Translations under genes and position numbers: made by a program
Assembly: GCA_963717935.1 (NCBI GenBank)
Contig: CAVQXP010000004.1
Location: 896,001 to 960,000 of the forward strand
Reading direction: 5' to 3'
DNA length: 64,000 nucleotides
Source: Candidatus Eiseniibacteriota bacterium
GTDB lineage: Bacteria > Eisenbacteria > RBG-16-71-46
The notes under the pieces: generated by a model
The model's database searches: none
What the model saw: the letters and a program-made list of their open reading frames with translations, nothing else
Told to the model about the DNA's origin: nothing
In this document: positions 30,768 through 40,117 of the stretch, in pieces
Layout: each line of letters opens with the position of its first letter
Position numbering within the stretch: position 1 is the first letter of the stretch

Positions 30768-31682
30768 ATGGCCAGTCAGCGCAAGTCCGCGAGCCCGACC
30801 CGAGCCGCGAAGACCGTGAAGCAGAAGACGGCGCGCCGCGGGAAGTCCGCGGCGAAAGCGCGGCCGCGGTCGGCTGGCGCGGCTGCGACCCGTCACGCCC
30901 GGCCCGCGAAGCCCACCCGGAGGACACCCGTGCCGAAGAAGAAGGCGGTGACCGTGAAGCAGAAGAAGAAGGCCGCCCCGGCGTCGAAGAAGGCCGCCCG
31001 GACGCCGAAGAAGGCCGCTCCCGTGGCGAAGAAGCGTGCCCCCGGTCGAAGAAGACCGCCGCCCGGGCCGCCGCGCCGGCGGTGAAGAAGACGGCGCCGC
31101 GCGCCGCCTGAAGGCGGTGCCGCGTCCACCCACGCCCGGCCCCACGGTGCGCCCGCTCGGCGTGCTGCCTCCGGAGGCGCGCGCGCGCAGCGCCGAGCGC
31201 CAGGCGCACGGTCGCCGCGGTCCTGCCGCGGCCGGCGGCCGCGCCCGGGGCGGCCGGCGAAGCCGGGACCGAAGGCCCCGGGCGCTGCAGCGCGTGACGG
31301 AGAAGGACCTCAAGGAGCTCGAGGCGATGCTGCTCGCGGAGCGGGTGCGCGCTGATGAAGGAGATGGGGCACCTGGAGAGCACGGTGCTCAAGGTGAACC
31401 CGCGCGAGAGCGCCGGCGACCTCTCCGGCTACTCGTTCCACATGGCGGACGCGGGCACGGATGCGTACGAGCGCGAGAAGGCGCTTCCAGTTCGCCTCGA
31501 CCGAGGGGCGGCTGCTGCTGGACCTCGACGAGGCGCTGCGCCGGCTCTACCGCGGCGAGTACGGCACCTGCGAGTCGTGCGGCAGCGCGATCGCGAAGGC
31601 GCGGCTCGAGGCGATGCCCACGGCGCGGCTGTGCCGTGACTGCAAGGAGAAGGAGGAGCGGGAGAACCGCCCGCAGCAGTGA
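30768..31682 (+). CDS. TraR/DksA C4 zinc-finger protein with Lys/Ala-rich histone-like N-terminus, frameshifted
   Basis: KKAA repeats; HMADAGTD; YGTCESCG..RLEAMPTARLCRDCK. Confidence 0.85.
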
Positions 31683-32287
31683 GACGCTCCCTGCCCCTGC
31701 TGGCGGCGCTGGCCGTCGTCGTCGTCGCGCTGGACCGGTGGACCAAGCACTGGGCCAGCACGACGCTGACCTTCGGCCAGCCGGTCCAGGTGGTGGGCGA
31801 TTACCTGCGCCTCACCTACACCCGCAACTCGGGCGTGGCATTCGGCATCGGACAGGGCACCGGCTTCCCGTACTACGTCTTCTCGCTGGTCGCCATCGTC
31901 GCGATCGTGTGGATGTTCCTGCGCGGCCGGGAGGGGCGCGATCCGGTGCGCCGGGTCGCGCTCGCGCTCATCCTGGGCGGCGCGGTCGGCAACCTCGTGG
32001 ACCGCGTGACGAGCGGCGAGGTGGTGGACTTCATCGAGGTGGGGATCCCGCAGTGGCACTGGCCGGTCTTCAACGTGGCGGACTCCGCGGTGACGGTGGG
32101 CGTGCTGCTCTTCGCGCTCGCCTGGACGCGGGGGCGCGAGCTGGCGGCTGCGCCGGACGCGGAGGGTGCGGGGGCCTCGGGTGCGGTGGGCGGCGATGAG
32201 CCGGCTCGACCTGAAGGTCCCGGGTTCGTGCGCCGGGGAGCGCCTGGATCGCTTCCTGGCGGCGGCGCAGAAGGACCTCTCCCGTAG
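31679..32287 (+). CDS. lspA: Lipoprotein signal peptidase II
   Basis: DRWTK, NSGVAFG, GGAVGNLVDR, VVDFI, WPVFNVADS. Confidence 0.95.
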   Translation: MRRSLPLLAALAVVVVALDRWTKHWASTTLTFGQPVQVVGDYLRLTYTRNSGVAFGIGQGTGFPYYVFSLVAIVAIVWMFLRGREGRDPVRRVALALILGGAVGNLVDRVTSGEVVDFIEVGIPQWHWPVFNVADSAVTVGVLLFALAWTRGRELAAAPDAEGAGASGAVGGDEPARPEGPGFVRRGAPGSLPGGGAEGPLP

Positions 32288-33180
32288 CCGCCTGCAGGCG
32301 CTGATCCGCGCGAGTCGCGTGATGGTCGAGGGCCGCGCGGCGCGCGCCTCGCAGCGTCTGCGCGCGGGCGAGCGCGTGCTCGTCGAGTTGCCGGAGCCGC
32401 GCCGGGTCGCGCTCCTGCCCGAGGCGATCTCGCTCGCCATCGTGCACGAGGACGAGCATCTGCTGGTCGTGGACAAGCCGGCGGGACTCGTCGTCCACCC
32501 CGGCGCCGGGGTGGCGAGCGGCACGCTGGTCCACGCCCTGCTCCACCACGCGCCCGCGATCGCCGACGTGGGCGGCGCGGGCCGTCCGGGCATCGTCCAC
32601 CGGCTCGACAAGCAGACCTCGGGACTGATGGTGGTGGCGAAGAGCGCCGCGGCCTACCGGGCCCTGGTCGAGATGCTGCGCGCGCACACCGTGCGGCGGC
32701 GCTACCTGGCGATCGTCTGGGGCGTGCCGCGCACGGCGACCGGCACGATCGAGGGCGCGATCGGCCGCGACCCGCGGCAGCGCAAGCGCATGGCCGTGGT
32801 CGCGCGCGGGGGCAAGCCGGCGCGCACGCGCTGGCGCGTGCGCGAGCGGCTGGCCGGGGCCGCGCTGCTCGAGGTCGCGCTCGACACCGGGCGCACCCAC
32901 CAGATCCGCGTGCATCTCGCGCACCGCGGCCACCCGGTGGCGGGCGACCCGCTCTACGGCGGTCGCGGGAAGGTCCAGTTGAGCGGAACCGCGGGGGAGC
33001 GTAGTCTCCGTTCCGCCGTGCTCGAAGCACTGCCGCGCCAGGCCCTCCACGCGACGGAACTCGAGTTCGCGCACCCCGTCACGGGAGAGCTCATGCGCTT
33101 CACATCGTCCCCGCCGGAAGACTTCGAACGCGCGTTGGAGACGCCTGCGCCCGTCCGCCGCGGCCCGGACGCACTGAGTC
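32196..33180 (+). CDS. RluA/RluD-family pseudouridine synthase
   Basis: S4-like N-terminus, VDKPAGLVVHP, HRLDKQTSG, TGRTHQIRVH, GDPLY, QALHA; end approximate because the frame runs into the next gene. Confidence 0.92.
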
Positions 33181-33185
33181 CCGAC

Positions 33186-33626
33186 ATGTCCGACGACACC
33201 CCCATCCCCGAAGTCGTCAGCCTGCGCATCCCGAGCCGGCTCGAACTGCTGAGTCTGCTCGATCGCGTGAGCACGCTGCTCTGCGAGCGCGCGGGTTTCG
33301 GCGAGGATGCCTGCACGCAGGTCACGCTGTCGGTGATCGAGGCGGGCACCAACGCCATCCAGCACGGCTCCGGGCGCGACCCCGCCAAGCCCGTGGACGT
33401 GGTCTTCTCCGTCCACCCCGACCGCATCGAGGTGAGCGTGCGCGACCAGGGCCCCGGCTTCGACCTCGACGAGGTGAGCGGCGACATCACCCAGCCGGAA
33501 CGCCTGCTCGACGCGCGCGGGCGGGGCATCTTCATCATGCGCGCCTGCATGGACTCGGTGGATTTCGCGTTCGACGGGTCCGGCACCACCTGCCGCCTCG
33601 TGAAGCGCCACCCCTCCGGGGGTTGA
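33186..33626 (+). CDS. RsbW-like anti-sigma factor / ATP-binding kinase (HATPase_c_2)
   Basis: EAGTNAIQHG, VRDQGPGFD, GRGIFIMRACMD. Confidence 0.85.
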   Translation: MSDDTPIPEVVSLRIPSRLELLSLLDRVSTLLCERAGFGEDACTQVTLSVIEAGTNAIQHGSGRDPAKPVDVVFSVHPDRIEVSVRDQGPGFDLDEVSGDITQPERLLDARGRGIFIMRACMDSVDFAFDGSGTTCRLVKRHPSGG

Positions 33627-33635
33627 CGCCGCACC

Positions 33636-34073
33636 ATGCGCGTGCTGGCGGTGGACTGGGGTGAGCGCCGGATCGGCCTCGCCGTGAGCGACCCGCAGGA
33701 GGTGATCGCCAGCGGACTGAAGACCCTGGTCGTGCGGAGCGCGGCCCACGGGGTGGAGGATGTGATCCGGGTCGCGCGCGAGGTCGAGGCCGAGCGCGTG
33801 GTGGTGGGGCTGCCGCTGCTCATGGACGGCAGGCGCGGGACGGCCGCCGAGGCGGCTCAGCGGTTCGCCGACCTGGTGCGCGAGCAGGGCGGGCTGCCGG
33901 TCGAGACCTACGACGAGCGCCTCACCTCGGCCCTCAGCGAGCGCCGGCTGCACGAGGCCGGCGTGCGCACCGGCCACGCCAAGGAGCGCGTGGACCAGGG
34001 CGCGGCGGTGGCGTTGCTGGAGTCGTACCTGATGCACCTGGGCGCACGGCGCGCGCGGGGGGAGGAGCCGTGA
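33636..34073 (+). CDS. yqgF: YqgF/RuvX pre-16S rRNA nuclease
   Basis: LAVDWGERRIGLAVSD, VVGLP, DERLTS, VDQGAA. Confidence 0.93.
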   Translation: MRVLAVDWGERRIGLAVSDPQEVIASGLKTLVVRSAAHGVEDVIRVAREVEAERVVVGLPLLMDGRRGTAAEAAQRFADLVREQGGLPVETYDERLTSALSERRLHEAGVRTGHAKERVDQGAAVALLESYLMHLGARRARGEEP

Positions 34074-35225
34074 ACGGCCGGGGGCGGTCCCGCCTGCCGC
34101 GCCCGCGGCCGCGGATCTTCCGGCCGCGGCGCTGGGCCCTGCTGCTGGTGCTGGCCGGAGCGCTGGCGGTGGCCGCCGACCTGTTCTTCCCGGCGGGCCT
34201 GTTCCCGCCGCCCGGACGCCGCGCCATCCTGGTCGAGCGCGGCCAGACGCTGGGCCAGGTCGCCGGGGAGCTCAAGCGCGTGGGGCTGCTGCGCGGCACG
34301 GCTCGGCTTCCAGGTGCTGGCGCGGTTCATGCGGCTCGATCGCCACATCCGGGCCGGGCAGTACGAGTTCGCGCTTGGCACATCGGTGCCCGGGCTGCTG
34401 CGCGCGCTGGCGTCGGGCATGAGCGCGCTGAACCTCCTGACCGTCCCCGAGGGCCTCACGCTGCTCGAGACCGGCGTGCTGCTCTCGCATCATCTGGGCG
34501 TGCCCATCGCGGTGTTCGATTCGCTGGGGCACGACCGCGCGTTCTGCGATTCGGCGGGGGTGAAGGCACCCTCGCTCGAAGGCTACCTGGGGCCCGACAC
34601 CTACTCGTTCCTGCCGGGCACGCCGCCCGAGGTGGCGCTGCGCGCCATGATCGCGCGGCAGAAGGAGGTGCTGCGCCGTGCCGCGGCCGGGCGCGACTCG
34701 CTGCCGCTCGGTCTGTCGCTCCAGCAACTGCTCATCCTCGCCTCGATCGTCGAATCCGAGGCGCAGCGGCCCGCCGAGCGCGCGCGCATCGCGCGTGTCT
34801 ACCTCAACCGGCTGGCCTGCGGCATGAGGCTGCAGGCCGACCCGACCGTGGCCTACGGCCTGGGCATGGGCCCGCGCTCGCGGCTGTTCCTCAAGTACCT
34901 GCGCAGCAACTCGCCCTACAACACTTACCTTTACGCGGGGCTGCCTCCCGGGCCCATCTGCAGTCCGGGCGCGGCGTCCATCGAGGCGGCGCTGAACCCC
35001 GTGCCGCCCGAGCCCTCGCTCTACTTCGTGGCGCGCGGGGACGGCAGCCACCTGTTCGCGCGCAGCTACGAGGAGCACCTCGGGAACATCCGCCGCGCCC
35101 GCTTCCTGCAGGCGAGCGCGGCCGCGACCGCCGAGTCGCTGCGCGCGCTGGACTCGCTGGAGGCGCAGCCGGCGGCGCCCGGCGGGAGCCCGGCCCGGCG
35201 CGAGCAGGGGGCCCGGCGCGAGTAA
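34070..35225 (+). CDS. mltG: Endolytic transglycosylase MltG, frameshift near 34305
   Basis: AGQY, TVPEG, LEGYLGPDTY, LASIVESE, LQADPTV, SPYNTY..GLPPGPI, LYFVA. Confidence 0.92.
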
Positions 35226-35417
35226 GGGGCCCGGCGTGGTCCCGCCCGGGCTGCATTTTGCACGGTGCGCCGTGGGAAACCGAGCCGTCCGCCCGCCCGA
35301 TGGGCGCCTGCCTGCCGGTCCCCGGGCGGTCCCCGGCCCCCCGGCCCGTTCAGACGGAGCCGGGGTCCGGGCTCCTCTCCTTAGCCGCCACGGGGACGTG
35401 TGCTAACGTCCCATCCC

Positions 35418-36305
35418 ATGGCGACTTCCCCTGTGATCCCGCCCGCCGGTCCCGCGCCGGTCCCGCCCGCCCGCCCGCTCGACGGTCTCTCCTGGTCCGA
35501 GCGGCTCGAGCGCCTGCGTGATCTGCTGCGCGGCCTCGGCAGCGTGGTCGTGGCCTATTCGGGCGGCGTGGACTCGAGCCTGCTGCTGCGCGTGGCGCAC
35601 GAGGCGCTCCCGGGGCGCGCGCTGGGCGTGATCGGGCGCTCCGACTCCTACGCGGCCCGCGAGCTGGAGCTGGCCCGCGCCCAGGCGGCCTCCTTCGGGG
35701 CGCGGCTCGAGGTGGTGACGACCGGCGAGCTGGCCGACCCGGTCTTCCGCTCGAATCCGGCCGAGCGCTGTTATCACTGCAAGAGCGAGCTTTATCGGCA
35801 ACTGGACGGGGTGGCGCGCCGAATGGGCGCGGTGGTCGTGGACGGCACCATCGCGGACGACCTGGCGGACTGGCGGCCGGGCCGGCGCGCGGCGCAGGAG
35901 CGCGGCGTGCGCTCGCCGCTCGCCGAGCTGGGCTTCGGCAAGGCCGACGTGCGCGCGGCGGCGGCCCACTACGGCCTGGCGAGCGCGGGCAAGCCGGCCT
36001 CGCCCTGCCTGGCTTCGCGGATCCCGTACGGGACCGAGATCACCCGGGAGAGCCTGGCCATGGTCGAGCAGGCGGAGGCGCTGCTGCGCTCGCTGGGCTT
36101 CGGCGAGCTGCGCGTGAGGCACCACGGCGACACGGCCCGCATCGAGGTGCCACTCACCGACCTGGCGCGTTTCGGCGAGCCGGGCGTGCGCGAGCGGGTG
36201 GTCGAGGGGCTCAAGGCGTTGGGGTATCGCTACATCGCGCTGGACCTCGAGGGCTTCCGCTCGGGCAGCCTGAACCAGGTCCTGGGGTCGGACGTCCCCG
36301 GCTGA
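35418..36305 (+). CDS. larE: LarE-like ATP-dependent sulfur transferase (PP-loop)
   Basis: AYSGGVDS, RCYHCK, DWRPG, PCLASRIPYG, RVRHHG, GFRSGSLN. Confidence 0.9.
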   Translation: MATSPVIPPAGPAPVPPARPLDGLSWSERLERLRDLLRGLGSVVVAYSGGVDSSLLLRVAHEALPGRALGVIGRSDSYAARELELARAQAASFGARLEVVTTGELADPVFRSNPAERCYHCKSELYRQLDGVARRMGAVVVDGTIADDLADWRPGRRAAQERGVRSPLAELGFGKADVRAAAAHYGLASAGKPASPCLASRIPYGTEITRESLAMVEQAEALLRSLGFGELRVRHHGDTARIEVPLTDLARFGEPGVRERVVEGLKALGYRYIALDLEGFRSGSLNQVLGSDVPG

Positions 36306-36572
36306 GGGCTCCCGGAGCGTGCCCCGGGAGCAGGGGCTCCCGGACCGTTTGCGTCCCCCGTCAAAAGGTTGAGAATATCCGGAACCGTCGCCCCCTGTGG
36401 CTGGGTACTACCCGATGCGCCCCACAGAGGCGGCGGCACGAAAATGCGGTCTTCGCTGGGACCGTCGGTGCCCTGGGCCTCCCTCTGGCCTTCAAACGCC
36501 GATGATCTCGGTCCGGCCGCCCGGTCCGAAGCGTCGGCATTCGTGTTTTCCGCCCGCAGGAGGAGGTAGGGG

Positions 36573-36818
36573 ATGAGCGCAGTGAAGCCAGGCCGCCAGA
36601 GAGCACAACGGCGGGCCCTGGAAGCCGATCTGGGGTTCAGCTGGGGGCTGGCGAACAGCGTCCTGCTGGCTCTGGGGGTGGGGGTTCTGGCCGTGGGTTA
36701 TGTGACCCTTTCACGGGGTTCCATCACCCTGGCCCCGGTCCTGCTGGTGCTGGGCTACTGCGTCCTCATCCCCGTATCCCTCCTGTTTCGTGGGCGAAAG
36801 GCAGGTTCGGGCGAATAG
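36573..36818 (+). CDS. Small two-TM membrane protein (DUF3098-like)
   Basis: Strong GGAGG SD; two hydrophobic helices with ITLAPVLLVLGY. Confidence 0.65.
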   Translation: MSAVKPGRQRAQRRALEADLGFSWGLANSVLLALGVGVLAVGYVTLSRGSITLAPVLLVLGYCVLIPVSLLFRGRKAGSGE

Positions 36819-36884
36819 CTCAGTTGGCAGAGCACTTGCCTTACAAGCAAGAGGTCACAGGTTCGAGCCCTGTTTCGCCCACCA
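36809..36884 (+). tRNA. tRNA-Val(TAC)
   Basis: GGGCGAA/TTCGCCC acceptor stem, CTTGC-CTTACAA-GCAAG, encoded CCA. Confidence 0.95.
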
Positions 36885-36995
36885 GTGGGGTGCTGAGGTC
36901 ACGGGAAGCACCGGCCGGGCTGGCCCCGAGGGGCCAGAAACCCCGGAGACGGCAGGAAAACCGCAGAGACCGGCAGTTCGAGGGCCAAAAGAGTC

Positions 36996-37025
36996 TTGAC
37001 AGTGCGATGGCAAGGCCGATAAACT
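36996..37025 (+). promoter_or_regulatory. Strong sigma70-type promoter for the surface-protein cluster
   Basis: TTGACA-N18-TAAACT. Confidence 0.7.
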
Positions 37026-37196
37026 TACCAGCGGCATCAAACGCCTTGCTAACGCGGCAGATAACATCGCCTGGAGACTCGAACTCGCACTCTCGATGAG
37101 TTCGAAAGGAGGTGGCATCAAGGTAGACCTGCTTGCTCGCAACTGAGCCTTGCTCGATCTCAGCAACAGGGTGACCCATCTACTGGAGGTGCAACA

Positions 37197-37859
37197 ATGA
37201 CTGGTGTTGTTCGCAAGGCCACCTTCCTTGCAGTACTTGGTCTCGCAGCGACGATGTCCGTCGCCATGGCCGGTGTCCCCTCTCCGGCCAACTGTACGCT
37301 TCCCACGTCCATCCAGATCGGCGGCTGCGACGCCCTCGACACGATCGATCCGACCATCTCCTTCAGCGTGACGATCCGCGACATCAGCAACTACCCCGTC
37401 GTCAATCAGCCGGTCGCGTGCCAGTTCAACAGCGACGTCAGGATCTACGACGGCGAGTTCGCCGGGTTCGTCTCCTGCCAGTGCGTCGAGGCCATCACGG
37501 ACATCAACGGCGTGGCGGTCTTCCACGTCGCGGGCGGCGGCAAGAACACGATCGGCGGGGCGGCCTACACGGGCGGCCTGGCGGCGACGTTCTATGGCTG
37601 GAACTGCGGCAACACGCTCGTCCTCGGCCAGGCCAACGTGAACGTGTACGACGAGAACGGTGGAGTCACCACCAAGGGCGTCGACATCACGGACCTGAGC
37701 GCCTGGAGCTCGGATTACAAGCTGCGCGCCACCCCGCCGGTCAAGTATCGCTCCGATTTCAACATGAGCGGTCTCGTGGACATCGTGGACCTGTCCTTCT
37801 GGGCCACGGTCTACAAGACTCAGTTGTCGAGGTACACCTGCGGCTCGCTCTGCCCGTAG
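37197..37859 (+). CDS. Secreted Cys-rich protein with Ig-like region and C-terminal dockerin-like duplicated motif
   Basis: Signal peptide; DENGG..VDITDLSAW and SDFNMSGLVDIVDLSFW repeats; GGAGG SD. Confidence 0.7.
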   Translation: MTGVVRKATFLAVLGLAATMSVAMAGVPSPANCTLPTSIQIGGCDALDTIDPTISFSVTIRDISNYPVVNQPVACQFNSDVRIYDGEFAGFVSCQCVEAITDINGVAVFHVAGGGKNTIGGAAYTGGLAATFYGWNCGNTLVLGQANVNVYDENGGVTTKGVDITDLSAWSSDYKLRATPPVKYRSDFNMSGLVDIVDLSFWATVYKTQLSRYTCGSLCP

Positions 37860-37984
37860 TCGTACACAGGCAGTACGTGCTCGCGGAAAGAAAGGCGGTG
37901 ATGCGCGAGAAGAGAGGTTCGGGTGCCTGACATCTCCAGCAAGTAGTTCGCCTGACCCCCCTACAGCGGTTTCGGAGGCTGCAA

Positions 37985-38713
37985 ATGAAGAAGACGCTTC
38001 TCTTTACGGGTCTGTTGCTGGCGCTGACGGTTTCGGTTGCGCTGGCCGGTGGCGTGAACCTCAACTGGGGCAATTACTGCTACACCGACATGCCCACGCC
38101 CACCACGTACTTCGCCTGCACCGTGAACACTTCCGTCGGCAATCGCGTCATGACCGTCTCCTGGATGCTCGACGAGCCGATGGCGGATCTGGTCGCGATG
38201 GAGTGGCTGATCGAGGGTCAGTCCGACGCTGACGTCCTCCCGGAATGGTGGCAGCTCGGTTCCGCCCTGACGGACTGCCGTTCGGGCAAGGCCACGTTCT
38301 TCTCGGACCGCACCCTGTGGGAAGGGTCCTGCCTGGATTGGTCCATGGGCGCGGCCTACAACGTGGGCGACTACACCTGGGACACGAACCGTGCCCACAT
38401 CGCCCTGGGTTACGCAGTCGCTGCTGATGGCCAGTACCTCGCGGTGCCGGGCCAGGAGTACTACGGCGGTGGCGTGAACATCCTCAACAGCAAGACGGTC
38501 GGTACGCCCAGCTGCGCGGGCTGCTCGATCGGCATGATCTTCGGGCTGCACACCCTCACGGCTGCCGGCCTTGACGGTCGCCGGGACGATTTCTTCGAGG
38601 CGCTTCCCGGTGGCAACCAGTGCCTGATCTGGAACAGCTCGGTTCAGGAGTGTCTGGAGCCGGTGCCCGCGCGCAACACGACGTGGGGCCAGGTCAAGAG
38701 CCTGTACCGGTAG
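37985..38713 (+). CDS. Secreted Cys-rich protein, TWG-tail family paralog A
   Basis: MKK signal peptide; ends CLEPVPARNTTWGQVKSLYR. Confidence 0.85.
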   Translation: MKKTLLFTGLLLALTVSVALAGGVNLNWGNYCYTDMPTPTTYFACTVNTSVGNRVMTVSWMLDEPMADLVAMEWLIEGQSDADVLPEWWQLGSALTDCRSGKATFFSDRTLWEGSCLDWSMGAAYNVGDYTWDTNRAHIALGYAVAADGQYLAVPGQEYYGGGVNILNSKTVGTPSCAGCSIGMIFGLHTLTAAGLDGRRDDFFEALPGGNQCLIWNSSVQECLEPVPARNTTWGQVKSLYR

Positions 38714-38734
38714 TTTCTGGAAGTCGTTGCCTCC

Positions 38735-38764
38735 ACGGGCGGTCGTCGCAAGACGACCGCCCGT
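38735..38764 (+). terminator. 3' hairpin of paralog A
   Basis: Perfect stem ACGGGCGGTCGTC-GCAA-GACGACCGCCCGT. Confidence 0.6.
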
Positions 38765-39263
38765 CGGCTTGGGCGGGCAACGGCTGTCCCCGGGGACGCG
38801 CCGGGCTGGCCGCCCCCGCGGTGCCCGCCGCACGGCGGCTGCCCGTCCTGCCGGGCGCCCCTCCCCGGTGCTCCGGTCCCGGGCGCATCCCCCGTCGCAC
38901 CCTCCGGCCTCGCGAGGCACCCGCCTGCGGACGCTGAATTCCTGCTGGACGGGGGGGGCGGCTGCCGCTAACCTGCCGGCGTGCAGGTCTCGGGCCCGGG
39001 CTTGGTCACCCGGCCGCGACGCGACGCCTGGATGCGTCTGCCGCGATGCTTCGTGCGGAGGCGTCCCGCCGGATCGCGCCTGCGTGAGGGTCCGAGGCGA
39101 GGACGATGACGTCGCCACCGGGAGCGGGGCGTCTCGGCCCGGTTCGCAAGAGCCCTCGAGGAAGCAAGGGAAGAAAGGCGGTGATGCAAGGGTCCAGAAG
39201 GAGCTGGTCGCTCACCATCGGTGGCGCGTAGTTTTCCGTCCACCCCCGACACGGAGGTTGTTG

Positions 39264-39989
39264 ATGAAGAAGATGATTCTCCTTACGAGCATGCTGCTGG
39301 CGCTGACGGTCTCGGCCGCGCTGGCGGGTGGCGTGAACCTCAACTGGGGCAATTACTGCTACACGGACGATCCCGTGGCCGCGACGGTCTTCGCCTGCGA
39401 CGTGAACACTTCCATCGGCAATCGCGTCATGACCGTCTCCTGGATGCTCGACGCTTCGATGGCGGACCTGGTCGCGATCGAGTGGCTGATCGAGGGCCAG
39501 TCCGACGCTGACGTCCTCCCGGAATGGTGGCAGCTCGGTGACGCCGTCACGGACTGCCGTTCGGGCAAGGCCACGTTCTTCTCGGACCGCACCCTGTACG
39601 AGGGGGCTTGCCTGGATTGGTCCATGGGCGCGGCCTACAACGTGGGCGACTACACCTGGGACACGAACAAGACCCACCTCGCCCTGGGTTACGCGGTCGC
39701 CGCCGATGGCCAGTACCTCGCGGTGCCGGGCCAGGAGTACTTCGGCGGTGGCGTGAACATCCTCAACAGCAAGACGGTCGGCACACCCAGCTGCGCGGGC
39801 TGCTCGATCGGCATGATCTTCGGGCTGCACACCCTCACGGTCGCCGCCCTTGACGGTCGCCGGGACGATTTCTTCGAGGCGCTTCCCGGTGGCAACCAGT
39901 GCCTGAGCTGGAACAATACGACCACGGATTGTTCCACTGTCCCGGTGCGCGGCACGACCTGGGGGCAGATCAAGAGCCTCTACCGGTAG
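39264..39989 (+). CDS. Secreted Cys-rich protein, TWG-tail family paralog B
   Basis: GGAGG SD, MKK signal peptide, near-duplicate of paralog A; ends CSTVPVRGTTWGQIKSLYR. Confidence 0.85.
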   Translation: MKKMILLTSMLLALTVSAALAGGVNLNWGNYCYTDDPVAATVFACDVNTSIGNRVMTVSWMLDASMADLVAIEWLIEGQSDADVLPEWWQLGDAVTDCRSGKATFFSDRTLYEGACLDWSMGAAYNVGDYTWDTNKTHLALGYAVAADGQYLAVPGQEYFGGGVNILNSKTVGTPSCAGCSIGMIFGLHTLTVAALDGRRDDFFEALPGGNQCLSWNNTTTDCSTVPVRGTTWGQIKSLYR

Positions 39990-40012
39990 TCCCGGCAGAC
40001 GGTCTGCAGATT

Positions 40013-40048
40013 CCCGCGGGCGGTCGTCCCAGGACGGCCGCCCGCGGG
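40013..40048 (+). terminator. 3' hairpin of paralog B
   Basis: CCCGCGGGCGGTCGTCC..GGACGGCCGCCCGCGGG, homologous to the hairpin at 38735. Confidence 0.55.
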
Positions 40049-40117
40049 CTTGGCGCCGCCGCGCTTCCGGGCCGCCGCCCTTCGCCACCGCGGTCTTCCC
40101 TGTGATAGCCTTGCATC

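Noticed and set aside
32196..33626. Apparent RluD-RsbW fusion ORF
   Set aside because: Removing one C near 33143 gives LETLRPSAAARTH-stop just before the RsbW-like ATG. Given the indel density, an artefact is more likely.
37985..39989. Diversity-generating retroelement template/variable repeat pair
   Set aside because: Differences are not adenine-specific, both copies are full genes, and no reverse transcriptase is in the window.
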